Below are positions 26,378-34,732 of a DNA stretch of 64,000 bases, one piece after another. Each line of letters opens with the position of its first letter. Within the stretch, counting starts at the first letter, position 1. Position numbers and translations under genes: made by a program. Source of the stretch: Dehalococcoidia bacterium (GTDB taxonomy: Bacteria > Chloroflexota > Dehalococcoidia > Lucifugimonadales > Lucifugimonadaceae); contig CAXXNJ010000005.1 in assembly GCA_963663555.2 (NCBI GenBank), positions 176,989-240,988 of the forward strand. The letters are read 5' to 3'. The notes beneath the pieces were generated by a model. It saw only the letters and a list, made by a program, of their open reading frames with translations. It was not told the DNA's origin and made no database searches.

Positions 26378-27332
26378 GCTGCCGGCGCGCATCGCCGTGA
26401 CGGGCTCAGCCGGTTTTCTCGGTCGCGCCACGGTGGCCGCCTTGTGCGATAAGCCGGGCGTGGAACTGGTGGCCGCGATAGACCTGCTGCCGGCACAACT
26501 TGAGCCTCCGGAGACGCGACGCGTCGTGTCGGTGATCCGGGACGTGCGCGAGCCTCTAGGAGACGTCCTCGAAGCGATGGAGATCGAGGCGGTGGTCCAC
26601 CTGGCGTTCCTGCTTAACCCCGGCCGCGACGAGGCGGCGGCCGCCAGCGTGAACGTAGAGGCGACCGGCCGCCTGCTGGACGCCTGCGCCGCTGCGGGCG
26701 TGGGCCAGTTCGTCTACCTGAGCAGCACGACCGTATACGGCGCAAATGCCGGTCGCGACCGCCCGGCGACGGAAGATGACCCCGTCAATCCCGTGCGCGG
26801 CTTCCTGTACTCGGAGCACAAGGCGGCCGCAGAGCGGCTCATTCTCGAGTGTGCAAGGCGGAACCCGGATATGCGCACCTGCATACTGAGAGGGTGCGTC
26901 ATCATGGCCGCCGGGGCCGACAATTTCATCGCGAGGGCTTTGGGAAGGCGCATGTTGCCGTCGGCCATGGGGGCCGATCCGCAGATGCAGTTCCTGCACC
27001 TCGACGACTACGTGGCGTCGGTCGAACTGGCGCTCTCCAAGCGCGCCAACGGGATATTCAACATTGCCGGCGAGGGCGCGCTGCCTTGGAGCAGGCTTAC
27101 CATGCTGGCCGGAGCGCGGGTCGTGCCCGTCCCCGCGTGGCTCCTAAAGGCCGTCGTCGGGCTGACCTGGAAACTGCGGCTACAGGACCGGTCCGGACCG
27201 GCCGGCCTCAACTTCATCAGGTATCCGTGGCTCGCCTCGCCTGCGAAGATCCGCGACGAACTGGGCTGGAAGCCGGTCTACACGTCTGAAGAGGCGTTCA
27301 GCGAGTGGGCGGGCGCCCGCAGGGGCAATTAG
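26370..27332 (+). CDS. NAD-dependent epimerase/dehydratase (extended SDR)
   Basis: IAVTGSAGFLGRA Rossmann motif, YSEHK catalytic motif. Start uncertain: TTG 26370 preferred, the track ATG 26331 overlaps the previous gene by 47 nt. Confidence 0.8.
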   Translation: MTELPARIAVTGSAGFLGRATVAALCDKPGVELVAAIDLLPAQLEPPETRRVVSVIRDVREPLGDVLEAMEIEAVVHLAFLLNPGRDEAAAASVNVEATGRLLDACAAAGVGQFVYLSSTTVYGANAGRDRPATEDDPVNPVRGFLYSEHKAAAERLILECARRNPDMRTCILRGCVIMAAGADNFIARALGRRMLPSAMGADPQMQFLHLDDYVASVELALSKRANGIFNIAGEGALPWSRLTMLAGARVVPVPAWLLKAVVGLTWKLRLQDRSGPAGLNFIRYPWLASPAKIRDELGWKPVYTSEEAFSEWAGARRGN

Positions 27333-27342
27333 GCTGCACTAC

Positions 27343-28227
27343 GTGGCGAACCCAGTGAACGCGATCATAGACACCGATCCCGGTGTGGACGACCTGCTCG
27401 CCATCCTGCTTGCCCTGCGCTCGCCGGAACTGCGCATCGAGGCGCTCACCACCGGCGGGGGCAACTGCTCGCTGAGCGACGCCACCAGGAACGCGCTGCG
27501 AATAATAGAGTTGGCAGGAAGGATGGACATACCGGTATACCGCGGCTCGGCGCGGCCTCTACGCGGCAGCTACCGCTTCGCCACGCACTTCCACGGCCCG
27601 CGCGGGATGGCGGGCAGGCTGCCTGAGCCGAAAATTCGCGCCAGCAGCGCCAATGCCATCAAGGCGCTGGCCGCCAGGATGGGTATGGAAAGTCCGCCGG
27701 TGACGCTGATCGCGCTTGGGCCGCTGACCAACCTGGCGCGGCTGCTCGCCCGACATCCTGAGTGCGCCAAACGCATCTCGAACCTGATCGTGATGGGTGG
27801 AGCCGTAGACGCGCCGGGCAACGTCACGCCGTTCGCAGAATTCAACACATGGTGCGACCCCGAAGCCGCCGAGCTCGTCTTTCGCAGCGGCTTGGACATG
27901 ACGCTCATCGGACTCGACGTCTGCAACGCCGTCAAGTTGCCAAAGAGCTACGCAGACCGCACGTCCGGCCCGGTCGGGCGCGTCCTGCGCTCGTGGTTCA
28001 AGCTGCACGGCCAGCCGCACTCCCTGACGATGGCGGACGTCTTGGCAGTAGCCGCAGCCTGCGACCCCAGCCTCTTCACCTACGAGCGGATTCCCTTGCG
28101 AGTCATAACAGAGGGGGAGGAGCGGGGACGGACGGTCAGGGCCGCCGGCGGCGTGGAAATCAAGACTGCGATGAAGGTGGACGCCGCGCGAACGCTGGAT
28201 ATGTTCCGCAGCCGCCTCCTGGACTGA
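27343..28227 (+). CDS. Nucleoside hydrolase (IU-NH family)
   Basis: N-terminal IIDTDPGVDD aspartate cluster; ~294 aa. Confidence 0.85.
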   Translation: MANPVNAIIDTDPGVDDLLAILLALRSPELRIEALTTGGGNCSLSDATRNALRIIELAGRMDIPVYRGSARPLRGSYRFATHFHGPRGMAGRLPEPKIRASSANAIKALAARMGMESPPVTLIALGPLTNLARLLARHPECAKRISNLIVMGGAVDAPGNVTPFAEFNTWCDPEAAELVFRSGLDMTLIGLDVCNAVKLPKSYADRTSGPVGRVLRSWFKLHGQPHSLTMADVLAVAAACDPSLFTYERIPLRVITEGEERGRTVRAAGGVEIKTAMKVDAARTLDMFRSRLLD

Positions 28228-28248
28228 CCTAAGCGGAAAGGCCCTACT

Positions 28249-28932
28249 TTGCCCCGTTACTATCCCATATACCTCGACGTTCAAGACCGATTGGCGGTCG
28301 TAATCGGCGGAGACCACGAGGCGGAACGAAAGACGAAGTTCCTGCTGGAATGCGGCGCACGCGTCGCGCTGGTAAGCCCCGAAGATGACGCATCTCCGGC
28401 CCTGCGCGACATGGCCGGGGCCGGAAAGATCGAGTGGCGCCGCCGCGGCTACAAGCCGGGAGACCTCGAAGGCGCATGGGTCGCCATAGTCGCGGCAACC
28501 TCCGACGACGCAATAAATCGCGCCGTCTACGACGAGGCCGAAGAGCGCAACGTCGTGCTGAACGTGATGGACGTAACGCACCTGTGCACCTTCATCGCCC
28601 CGTCCATCGCTCTCCGCAACGACGTTACGGTGGCCATTTCCACTGCCGGAACCAGCCCCGCGCTTGCGCGGCGTCTGAGAGAGAGAATGTCCGACCAAGC
28701 GGGCTGCAAGTGCCTGCTGTGGGCGGACTTCGGGCCGGTACTTGCCGACGTTCGCAGAGAAGTCAGGGCGCGCGGCCTGCCGGTCACGCCGGAGGAGTGG
28801 CAGGAGTGCATGACGGACGAACTGCTGGCGCGCTTCACGTCGGGCGACTCCGGGGGCGCGCGGGCGGAGTTGCTCGCCGCGCTTGAAGCCAAGGCAGCCG
28901 AGACTGTACGCCGCAGGGGAGAAGCGCGCTAA
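28249..28932 (+). CDS. sirC: Precorrin-2 dehydrogenase/sirohydrochlorin ferrochelatase (SirC/CysG-N type)
   Basis: YPIYLDVQDRLAVVIGGDHEAERKTKFLLECGARVALVSP; located at the head of the hem genes. Confidence 0.75.
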   Translation: MPRYYPIYLDVQDRLAVVIGGDHEAERKTKFLLECGARVALVSPEDDASPALRDMAGAGKIEWRRRGYKPGDLEGAWVAIVAATSDDAINRAVYDEAEERNVVLNVMDVTHLCTFIAPSIALRNDVTVAISTAGTSPALARRLRERMSDQAGCKCLLWADFGPVLADVRREVRARGLPVTPEEWQECMTDELLARFTSGDSGGARAELLAALEAKAAETVRRRGEAR

Positions 28933-29045
28933 GTCAATGCGGCCGCTTGATACGCGCCTATGCTCTCTAACGCGATACTGTGCTTTGGAGGGCGCCTCGA
29001 ACATCGTCACAACTTAGTGCGCCGTCGAACATGTCGTCCCGGTCA

Positions 29046-29987
29046 ATGCGGATAGTGCGGGTGGGCACCCGCGGCAGCAGGCTCGCGCTGGCGCAGGCTG
29101 CGCAGGTAATCGACGCGCTCAGCCGCTGCAATCGAGGTGTGGAGTTCAAGGCCGTCGTGATAAGGACACTCGGAGACCGCAATAGGTCGGCGAGCGTGTC
29201 GTCCCTGGGGGTCGGCGTGTACGTCAAGGAAATAGAGGACGCGCTGGAACGCGGTGAGATAGACGTGGCGACGCACTCGTTGAAAGATCTGACCTCCGAA
29301 ATGACGCCCGGCTTTCTGCTGGCCGCCGTGCTGGAACGTGGCGACCCGCGCGACGCGCTGGTGAGCCGCAGCGGGGCCGGGCTGGCCGGACTTCCCCGCG
29401 GCGCAGTCATCGGCACCGGCAGCGTGAGGCGGCGCGCGCTGCTGAAACACGCGCGGCCTGACGTTGTAGTTAGACCTGTTCGCGGCAACGTGGATACCCG
29501 GCTCGCCATGATCAATCGCGACGACGGCCCCGACGCAGTGTCTCTGGCCGCCGCAGGACTCAGCAGGATCGGACTCGACGACGCTATCAGCGAGTACGCC
29601 GATCCAGGCAGCTTCATCCCGGCAGTGGGACAGGGCGCAATAGCCATAGAGACCATCGATGGACGGGAGGACGCGCTGGCCATGGCACAAAAGGCCGACC
29701 ACGCCGAAACCCGCGCCGCCGTGACTGCTGAGCGCGCATTCCTAGCCGCCATGCGGGGAGGTTGCTCGGCGCCCACCTCCGCATATGCCAAGGTGGAGCA
29801 CAGCGAATTAAAGATCAACGCGTTCGCATCCGACCCTGACGGCAAGAGGATGCTGCGTGCGACTGAAGAAGGCGTCGTGGAAGATGCCACCAAGGTGGGT
29901 ATAGCCGCCGCGCGTGCGCTTCTTCGCGCAGGCGCCGCCGAAATACTTGGCCGCTCGCCGGCCTCACCGGGTCATGACGATGAGTAA
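29046..29987 (+). CDS. hemC: Hydroxymethylbilane synthase (porphobilinogen deaminase)
   Basis: MRIVRVGTRGSRLALAQA...; start taken at ATG 29046 (29031 also possible), since the track start 28980 adds an atypical leader. Confidence 0.9.
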   Translation: MRIVRVGTRGSRLALAQAAQVIDALSRCNRGVEFKAVVIRTLGDRNRSASVSSLGVGVYVKEIEDALERGEIDVATHSLKDLTSEMTPGFLLAAVLERGDPRDALVSRSGAGLAGLPRGAVIGTGSVRRRALLKHARPDVVVRPVRGNVDTRLAMINRDDGPDAVSLAAAGLSRIGLDDAISEYADPGSFIPAVGQGAIAIETIDGREDALAMAQKADHAETRAAVTAERAFLAAMRGGCSAPTSAYAKVEHSELKINAFASDPDGKRMLRATEEGVVEDATKVGIAAARALLRAGAAEILGRSPASPGHDDE

Positions 29988-31515
29988 GTCCGGCGTGGCG
30001 TACCTGGTCGGAGCCGGGCCGGGCGACCCGGGCCTCATCACCGTCAAGGGCTTGTCCGTCCTGCGTTCCGCCGACGTAGTGGTGTACGATCGGCTCATTC
30101 CTGCGTCCCTGCTGGCGGAGGCCCGTCCCGACGCGCTGTTGGTGGACGCCGGCAAGAGCCGCGGCGCGGCGCGCATGTCCCAGCGGGAGATCAACGAACT
30201 CTTGGTCGAATACTGTCGCGAGGGTAAGACTGTCTGCCGTCTGAAGGGCGGTGACCCGTTCGTCTTCGGCAGAGGCGGCGAGGAGGCCCTGGCGCTCACT
30301 GAAGCCGGCGTGAAGTGGGAGGTTGTGCCGGGCGTCAGCTCCGCCGTGGCGGCCGCGGCGTATGCCGGCATCCCCGTTACGCATCGCGGGCTGGCCTCGG
30401 GCGTGGCGGTGGTGACCGGCAGCGAGAGCCCCGAGGTCCCGGCCTCTCAGGTCGATTGGGACGCCGTAGCGGCGTTCAACGGCACGGTAGTAGTTCTCAT
30501 GGGCTGGCAGACGTTGCCTGAAATTGCCGAAGCGCTGGTCTCCCGCGGCGTTCCGGGCAACCGCGCTGCAGCCGCCGTCGAGTGGGGGACGACCAGCCGC
30601 CAGCGCGTTGTGACCGCTTCACTGTCCGAAATCACCGCCAAGTCCAGGTCGGCCGGCCTCTCCCCGCCCGTCGCGCTCGTCATTGGCGACGCGGTCTCGC
30701 TGAGGGAACGGCTGACGTGGTTCGACGGACGGCCGCTGCACGGAAAGAGAGTGCTGGTCACGCGGGCGCGCAGCCAGGCGAGCAGGCTGGCCGCACTTCT
30801 CGAATCGGAAGGAGCCGAGACGATACAGGCGCCGGCCATCCGGGTGGCGCCGCCAACCGACACCGAGGCCCTGGACGCCGCCATTTCCAACATAGACGAG
30901 TACGACTGGCTGACGTTGAGCAGCCCGAACGGGGTCAGGGGCCTGTGGAATAGGCTTGAGGCGCTGGGCCTCGATTCCCGCGCTCTGTTCGGCGTGCGCG
31001 TCGCGGCCGTGGGGGCAGCCACCGCCGCAGCCCTGTCCGAAATGGGCATTCGCGCCGACCTGTCGCCAGACGTATACGTGGCGGAGGCGCTGGTGGAAGA
31101 GTTCGCCAAGACCGGCGTAGACGGCGGCAGGGCGCTATGCCTCCGGTCGGACATCGGCAGAGAGACGTTGCCGCAGGGCCTGCGCGAGTTGGGGCTGCAT
31201 GTGGAAGAGGCGGTCGCCTACAAGATCGAGATGCCCGCCGAGTCGTGGAAGGCGGCGCGCGATGCGTATGATCCCAACGGGCCGGGCGTCGACGCCACCA
31301 CCTTCACCAGTTCGTCCACCGTCAAGAACCTCGTGCGGCTGCTGGACGGCGACGTGGATCCCGTAAACCGTTCCATCGTGGCCTGCATCGGGCCAATCAC
31401 CGCCAGGACCGCTGAAGACCTCGGCATAAGAGTCGACGTCGTGGCAAGGGAGCAGACGATGAAGGGGCTTGTATCAGCCCTGGTCGGGCGCCTTGCCGGA
31501 GATACCCCCGGATGA
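29974..31515 (+). CDS. Fused uroporphyrinogen-III C-methyltransferase / uroporphyrinogen-III synthase
   Basis: N-terminal half has VAYLVGAGPGDPGLITVKG...VVYDRL (CobA/SUMT). C-terminal ~250 aa GKRVLVTRA...LSSPNGV is HemD-like. Start ATG 29974 overlaps the hemC end. Confidence 0.85.
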   Translation: MTMSKSGVAYLVGAGPGDPGLITVKGLSVLRSADVVVYDRLIPASLLAEARPDALLVDAGKSRGAARMSQREINELLVEYCREGKTVCRLKGGDPFVFGRGGEEALALTEAGVKWEVVPGVSSAVAAAAYAGIPVTHRGLASGVAVVTGSESPEVPASQVDWDAVAAFNGTVVVLMGWQTLPEIAEALVSRGVPGNRAAAAVEWGTTSRQRVVTASLSEITAKSRSAGLSPPVALVIGDAVSLRERLTWFDGRPLHGKRVLVTRARSQASRLAALLESEGAETIQAPAIRVAPPTDTEALDAAISNIDEYDWLTLSSPNGVRGLWNRLEALGLDSRALFGVRVAAVGAATAAALSEMGIRADLSPDVYVAEALVEEFAKTGVDGGRALCLRSDIGRETLPQGLRELGLHVEEAVAYKIEMPAESWKAARDAYDPNGPGVDATTFTSSSTVKNLVRLLDGDVDPVNRSIVACIGPITARTAEDLGIRVDVVAREQTMKGLVSALVGRLAGDTPG

Positions 31516-32507
31516 CCAACAACGCACTCCCGCCCTTTAGAAGGCTCCGGCGGAGGCGAAGCTCCAACGCCCTCCGCGCTCTGAACGCAGAGACGAGACT
31601 CTCACCGTCCGACTTCATCTACCCGCTCTTCGTGACAGACGGCTCCGGTGTGAGGCGGGCGATAGAGCCCATGCCGGGCCAGTACCAGTTGTCGGTCGAC
31701 GAGGCGGTGAAGGAGGCGGCCGGCGCCTTCGGCCTGGGCGTTCCCGCCGTGCTGCTATTCGGATTGCCGGCAGACAAGGACGACCTCGGCAGCGCCGCGT
31801 GGGACCCGGACGAGGCGGTGCAAAGGGCCGTTTCCGAAATCAAGTCGGCGGTCCCCGAAATGGCCGTGATAACCGACGTGTGCATGTGCGAATACACCTC
31901 TCATGGCCATTGCGGCGCACTGACTCCCGGCGGCCAGGTGGACAACGACGCCACCCTGCCCCTGCTGGCGCGCGTAGCCGTGTCGCACGCACGGGCCGGA
32001 GCGGACGCCGTGGCGCCGTCGGCAATGATGGACGGGCAGGTGGCGGCCATCAGGGCTGCGCTGGACGGCGATGGATTTTCCTCGACCGCCATAATCGGCT
32101 ACTCGGCAAAGTACGCATCGGCCTTCTACGGCCCTTTCAGGACGGCAGCCGACTCGGCGCCCAGATTCGGCGACCGCAGCGCCTACCAGATGCAGCCCTC
32201 CAATCGCGAAGAGGCGATGGCGGAGATCCAGGCCGACCTCGACGAAGGGGCGGACGTGGTGATGGTCAAGCCGGCCCTCGCCTACCTCGACGTCATCGCC
32301 GAGGCCAAGCGCCGGTTCGACGCACCCCTGGCCGCCTATAACGTCAGCGGCGAGTACTCCATGCTGAAGGCCGCCGCGGCTAACGAGTGGATAGACGGTA
32401 CACGCGCCACCATCGAGGTTCTGACCTCCATCAAGAGAGCGGGAGCCGACGCCATCATCACATACTCCGCTTGCGACGCCGCGCGCTGGCTGAACGGCGG
32501 CCGCTAG
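31512..32507 (+). CDS. hemB: Porphobilinogen synthase (ALA dehydratase), Zn-type
   Basis: YPLFV, Cys-rich DVCMCEYTSHGHCG metal site, VMVKPA active-site Lys region. Confidence 0.9.
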   Translation: MTNNALPPFRRLRRRRSSNALRALNAETRLSPSDFIYPLFVTDGSGVRRAIEPMPGQYQLSVDEAVKEAAGAFGLGVPAVLLFGLPADKDDLGSAAWDPDEAVQRAVSEIKSAVPEMAVITDVCMCEYTSHGHCGALTPGGQVDNDATLPLLARVAVSHARAGADAVAPSAMMDGQVAAIRAALDGDGFSSTAIIGYSAKYASAFYGPFRTAADSAPRFGDRSAYQMQPSNREEAMAEIQADLDEGADVVMVKPALAYLDVIAEAKRRFDAPLAAYNVSGEYSMLKAAAANEWIDGTRATIEVLTSIKRAGADAIITYSACDAARWLNGGR

Positions 32508-32547
32508 CAGCGCGCCGTCTTCCCAAGCGCGCCCGTGTTGTCCGGCT

Positions 32548-33051
32548 TCACCCGGCGCGGAAGTGGCCCACCACGGCGCCGTCGATGTCCCCCAGCCTGA
32601 CTGGGCCGTACTTCCGGCTATCGGTAGAGGCGGCCCGGTTGTCGCCGAGCGCTACGTACTCGCCCTCCCGCGGCGCCCACGCGTGGTTGCCGTACACCCG
32701 CCCGGCGGCGTGTGGCTCGTCAACCGGCGCGCCGTCCACCGTCAGCCGACCATCCCGCAGTTCCACGAACTCCAGCGGAAGCCCGACGATGCGCTTTATC
32801 GACCATTTTCCGGGCCGCGCCGGATCCCTGAACCGCACCACGTCGAACCGCGCCGGACGGCGGCGGCGATAGGCCCGGCGGGAGACGCGCACCCAGCCGC
32901 CATGACTGAATGCCGGGTACATGCTCGGCCCGCGCACGCGGACCAGCTTCCTCGTCACCAGCTCCAGAATTCGCTCAAACACGCATGTAAACCTTGTCGA
33001 ATTTCCCAGTTCTGATAAATTTACCCAGACTGGCCGGTAGACGCCTTCCAT
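32548..33051 (-). CDS. sodX: S26-family signal peptidase-like protease, likely Ni-SOD maturation protease
   Basis: GPSMYPAF (Ser nucleophile) and GDNRAASTDSRKYGPV motifs. Divergently adjacent to sodN. Confidence 0.75.
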   Translation of the reverse strand: MEGVYRPVWVNLSELGNSTRFTCVFERILELVTRKLVRVRGPSMYPAFSHGGWVRVSRRAYRRRRPARFDVVRFRDPARPGKWSIKRIVGLPLEFVELRDGRLTVDGAPVDEPHAAGRVYGNHAWAPREGEYVALGDNRAASTDSRKYGPVRLGDIDGAVVGHFRAG

Positions 33052-33141
33052 TTCGAGTCGACGATTGACCGTTGAAGCGAAGCGGGAGGTTCTTGATTCC
33101 GGCCAGCGAACAGTTCAAGCAACCGGGAGTCAGGTAAGACC

Positions 33142-33591
33142 ATGTTGCATCGAATAGCGCGAATCTTCGATTCCATATCCCCCATCGGCTCGGCGGACGC
33201 CCACTGCGACATTCCGTGCGGCATCTACGACCCGCGGGACGCCATCCAGGCGGCCCAGACGGTGATAAGGATGACCGAGTTGATCGGCGAATTGTCCGGA
33301 GACATGACCGCCGCGAACGGGAACTCCTTTAGCCGCTACATTGCCGCAAAGGAGGAGCACGCCCGCAAGGCCAAGGATGACATTCTCATCATCTGGACCG
33401 ACTACTTCAAGCCGGAACACCTGGAGGCGAACCCCAATCTTCACGAGCTGGTCTGGAACGCCTGCAAGCTGGGATCGCACGTGAAGCAGAACGTCGACAT
33501 GGAGAAGGCCCAGGAATTCAAGGCGGCTCTCGTCGAGATCGGCAAGATCTTCTGGGCCAGCAAGGGCGAGGAAGTACCGCCGCTGCCCTAG
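33142..33591 (+). CDS. sodN: Nickel superoxide dismutase precursor
   Basis: Ni-hook HCDIPCGIYDP at aa 21-31 (nt 33202-33234) after a 20-aa leader ending ..GSADA; ~149 aa. Confidence 0.9.
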   Translation: MLHRIARIFDSISPIGSADAHCDIPCGIYDPRDAIQAAQTVIRMTELIGELSGDMTAANGNSFSRYIAAKEEHARKAKDDILIIWTDYFKPEHLEANPNLHELVWNACKLGSHVKQNVDMEKAQEFKAALVEIGKIFWASKGEEVPPLP

Positions 33592-33787
33592 CGCCATCGA
33601 AGGCGGACGCTGGGCGCGCGGCCGGGACGGCCAACGGACGTTGCGCGCCGGTCCTGTGCCCAGACCGTCTCACGTCGTTTGACCAGGAAAGGTGCGGCCA
33701 AGCGAAAGCCGGGCTGACGGCTAGCCGGCTCTGAGGCCGGCAATTCGGAAGAGCCGGCCCGCTATCGGCCCAATAGGAAGGCGAAGG

Positions 33788-34297
33788 TTGGAGATGTACT
33801 CACAGAGGTCTAGGCAAAACAACCCGGCCGCTGCGGGCGTTGCCGGAGAGCGAGGCACGTCACGGCGTACCGGGGCGGCTACACAGATGCGGCAAGCGAG
33901 GATAGATCTGATAGCCCCGCTGGGAATCGGTTTCCTTTCGTTTGTCGGGATGGCGTGGTGGTTCTTTTCGTTCGCCGCCGGCGAGTCCCTCGTACCGATG
34001 GTGACCGCGGCCATCGCGGGTCTGGTGGCGTTGCTGGCGCTGTCCGCACGGGCATCGGGCGCCAAGGAGGTACGCGGGCAACTCCTGGAGATGTCGGCGC
34101 TATTGAGCGTTATCGCACTGATCGGGTTCCTGGCCTTGAGCCTCGTCCTGCCCCCCTCACAGGGGCTGAACTTGGACTCGGATGAGAGTCCGACCGCCCT
34201 GCTACGGCTTGCGACTGCGCTCAGCTTCCTGGTGGGCGCTATCTCGTTTAACGCGGCGATAGCCCTGTTGTTGGCCGGCATCTGGCCGCGACGATAG
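33788..34297 (+). CDS. Hypothetical integral membrane protein (about 4 TM segments)
   Basis: Hydrophobic segments LIAPLGIGFLSFVGMAWWFFSF, MVTAAIAGLVALLALS, LSVIALIGFLALSLVL and LSFLVGAISFNAAIALLLAGI. The competing antisense ORF 33721..34401 is Arg/Ala-rich. Confidence 0.5.
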   Translation: MEMYSQRSRQNNPAAAGVAGERGTSRRTGAATQMRQARIDLIAPLGIGFLSFVGMAWWFFSFAAGESLVPMVTAAIAGLVALLALSARASGAKEVRGQLLEMSALLSVIALIGFLALSLVLPPSQGLNLDSDESPTALLRLATALSFLVGAISFNAAIALLLAGIWPRR

Positions 34298-34352
34298 CGG
34301 GGCCCTGCCGGAACGGAGCGCGTTCGACGTAAGGCGGCGAGCCGGTCGCGCC

Positions 34353-34694
34353 CTACCCCGCGCTCAGCCGCTCGACGTACTCCTCGCGGGGCGGCGACCA
34401 TATGTCCATCGCCAGCGAGGGGCTGTCCGTGCCCTTCGCCGAGTGCTCCACGTGCGGCGGAATCACGTAGTGGTCGCCTTCACGTATCAGCCTCGTCTCG
34501 CCGTCGATGGTGAGATAGAAGGCGCCTGAGAGCACCCTGCCGCACTGCTCGTGCGGGTGAGTGTGGTTCGGGATTTCTGCGCCGGGGGAGATGTCTATCA
34601 GCCCCATCATGATCCGCTCGCCCCAGATCGGGCGGCAAGTCACCCCGGGAACAAGTTCAAATCCTTCCGTATCGTTCTGATTGAAGAATGGCAC
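34353..34694 (-). CDS. Cupin-domain protein
   Basis: G.EIPNHTHPHEQCGRVLSG and GDHYVIPPHVEHS cupin motifs. GTG 34694 with AGGAGA 6 nt upstream. The longer track ORF overlaps the TPP gene. Confidence 0.75.
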   Translation of the reverse strand: MPFFNQNDTEGFELVPGVTCRPIWGERIMMGLIDISPGAEIPNHTHPHEQCGRVLSGAFYLTIDGETRLIREGDHYVIPPHVEHSAKGTDSPSLAMDIWSPPREEYVERLSAG

Positions 34695-34732
34695 GTTCAA
34701 TCTCCTCTTGAGCCTACTGTGCCTGCTCCGGG

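Noticed and set aside
33724-33758. 9-bp stem hairpin (gccggctct ... agagccggc) about 130 nt downstream of sodN as an intrinsic terminator
   Set aside because: The loop is long (17 nt) and no U-tract follows. It may still form in RNA, but the evidence is too thin to annotate.
33721-34401. 226-aa minus-strand ORF overlapping the membrane-protein gene 33788..34297
   Set aside because: Its composition is Arg/Ala/Pro-rich without hydrophobic segments or motifs. The plus-strand frame encodes four clean TM helices. Neither is proven, so the plus-strand call is given only moderate confidence.
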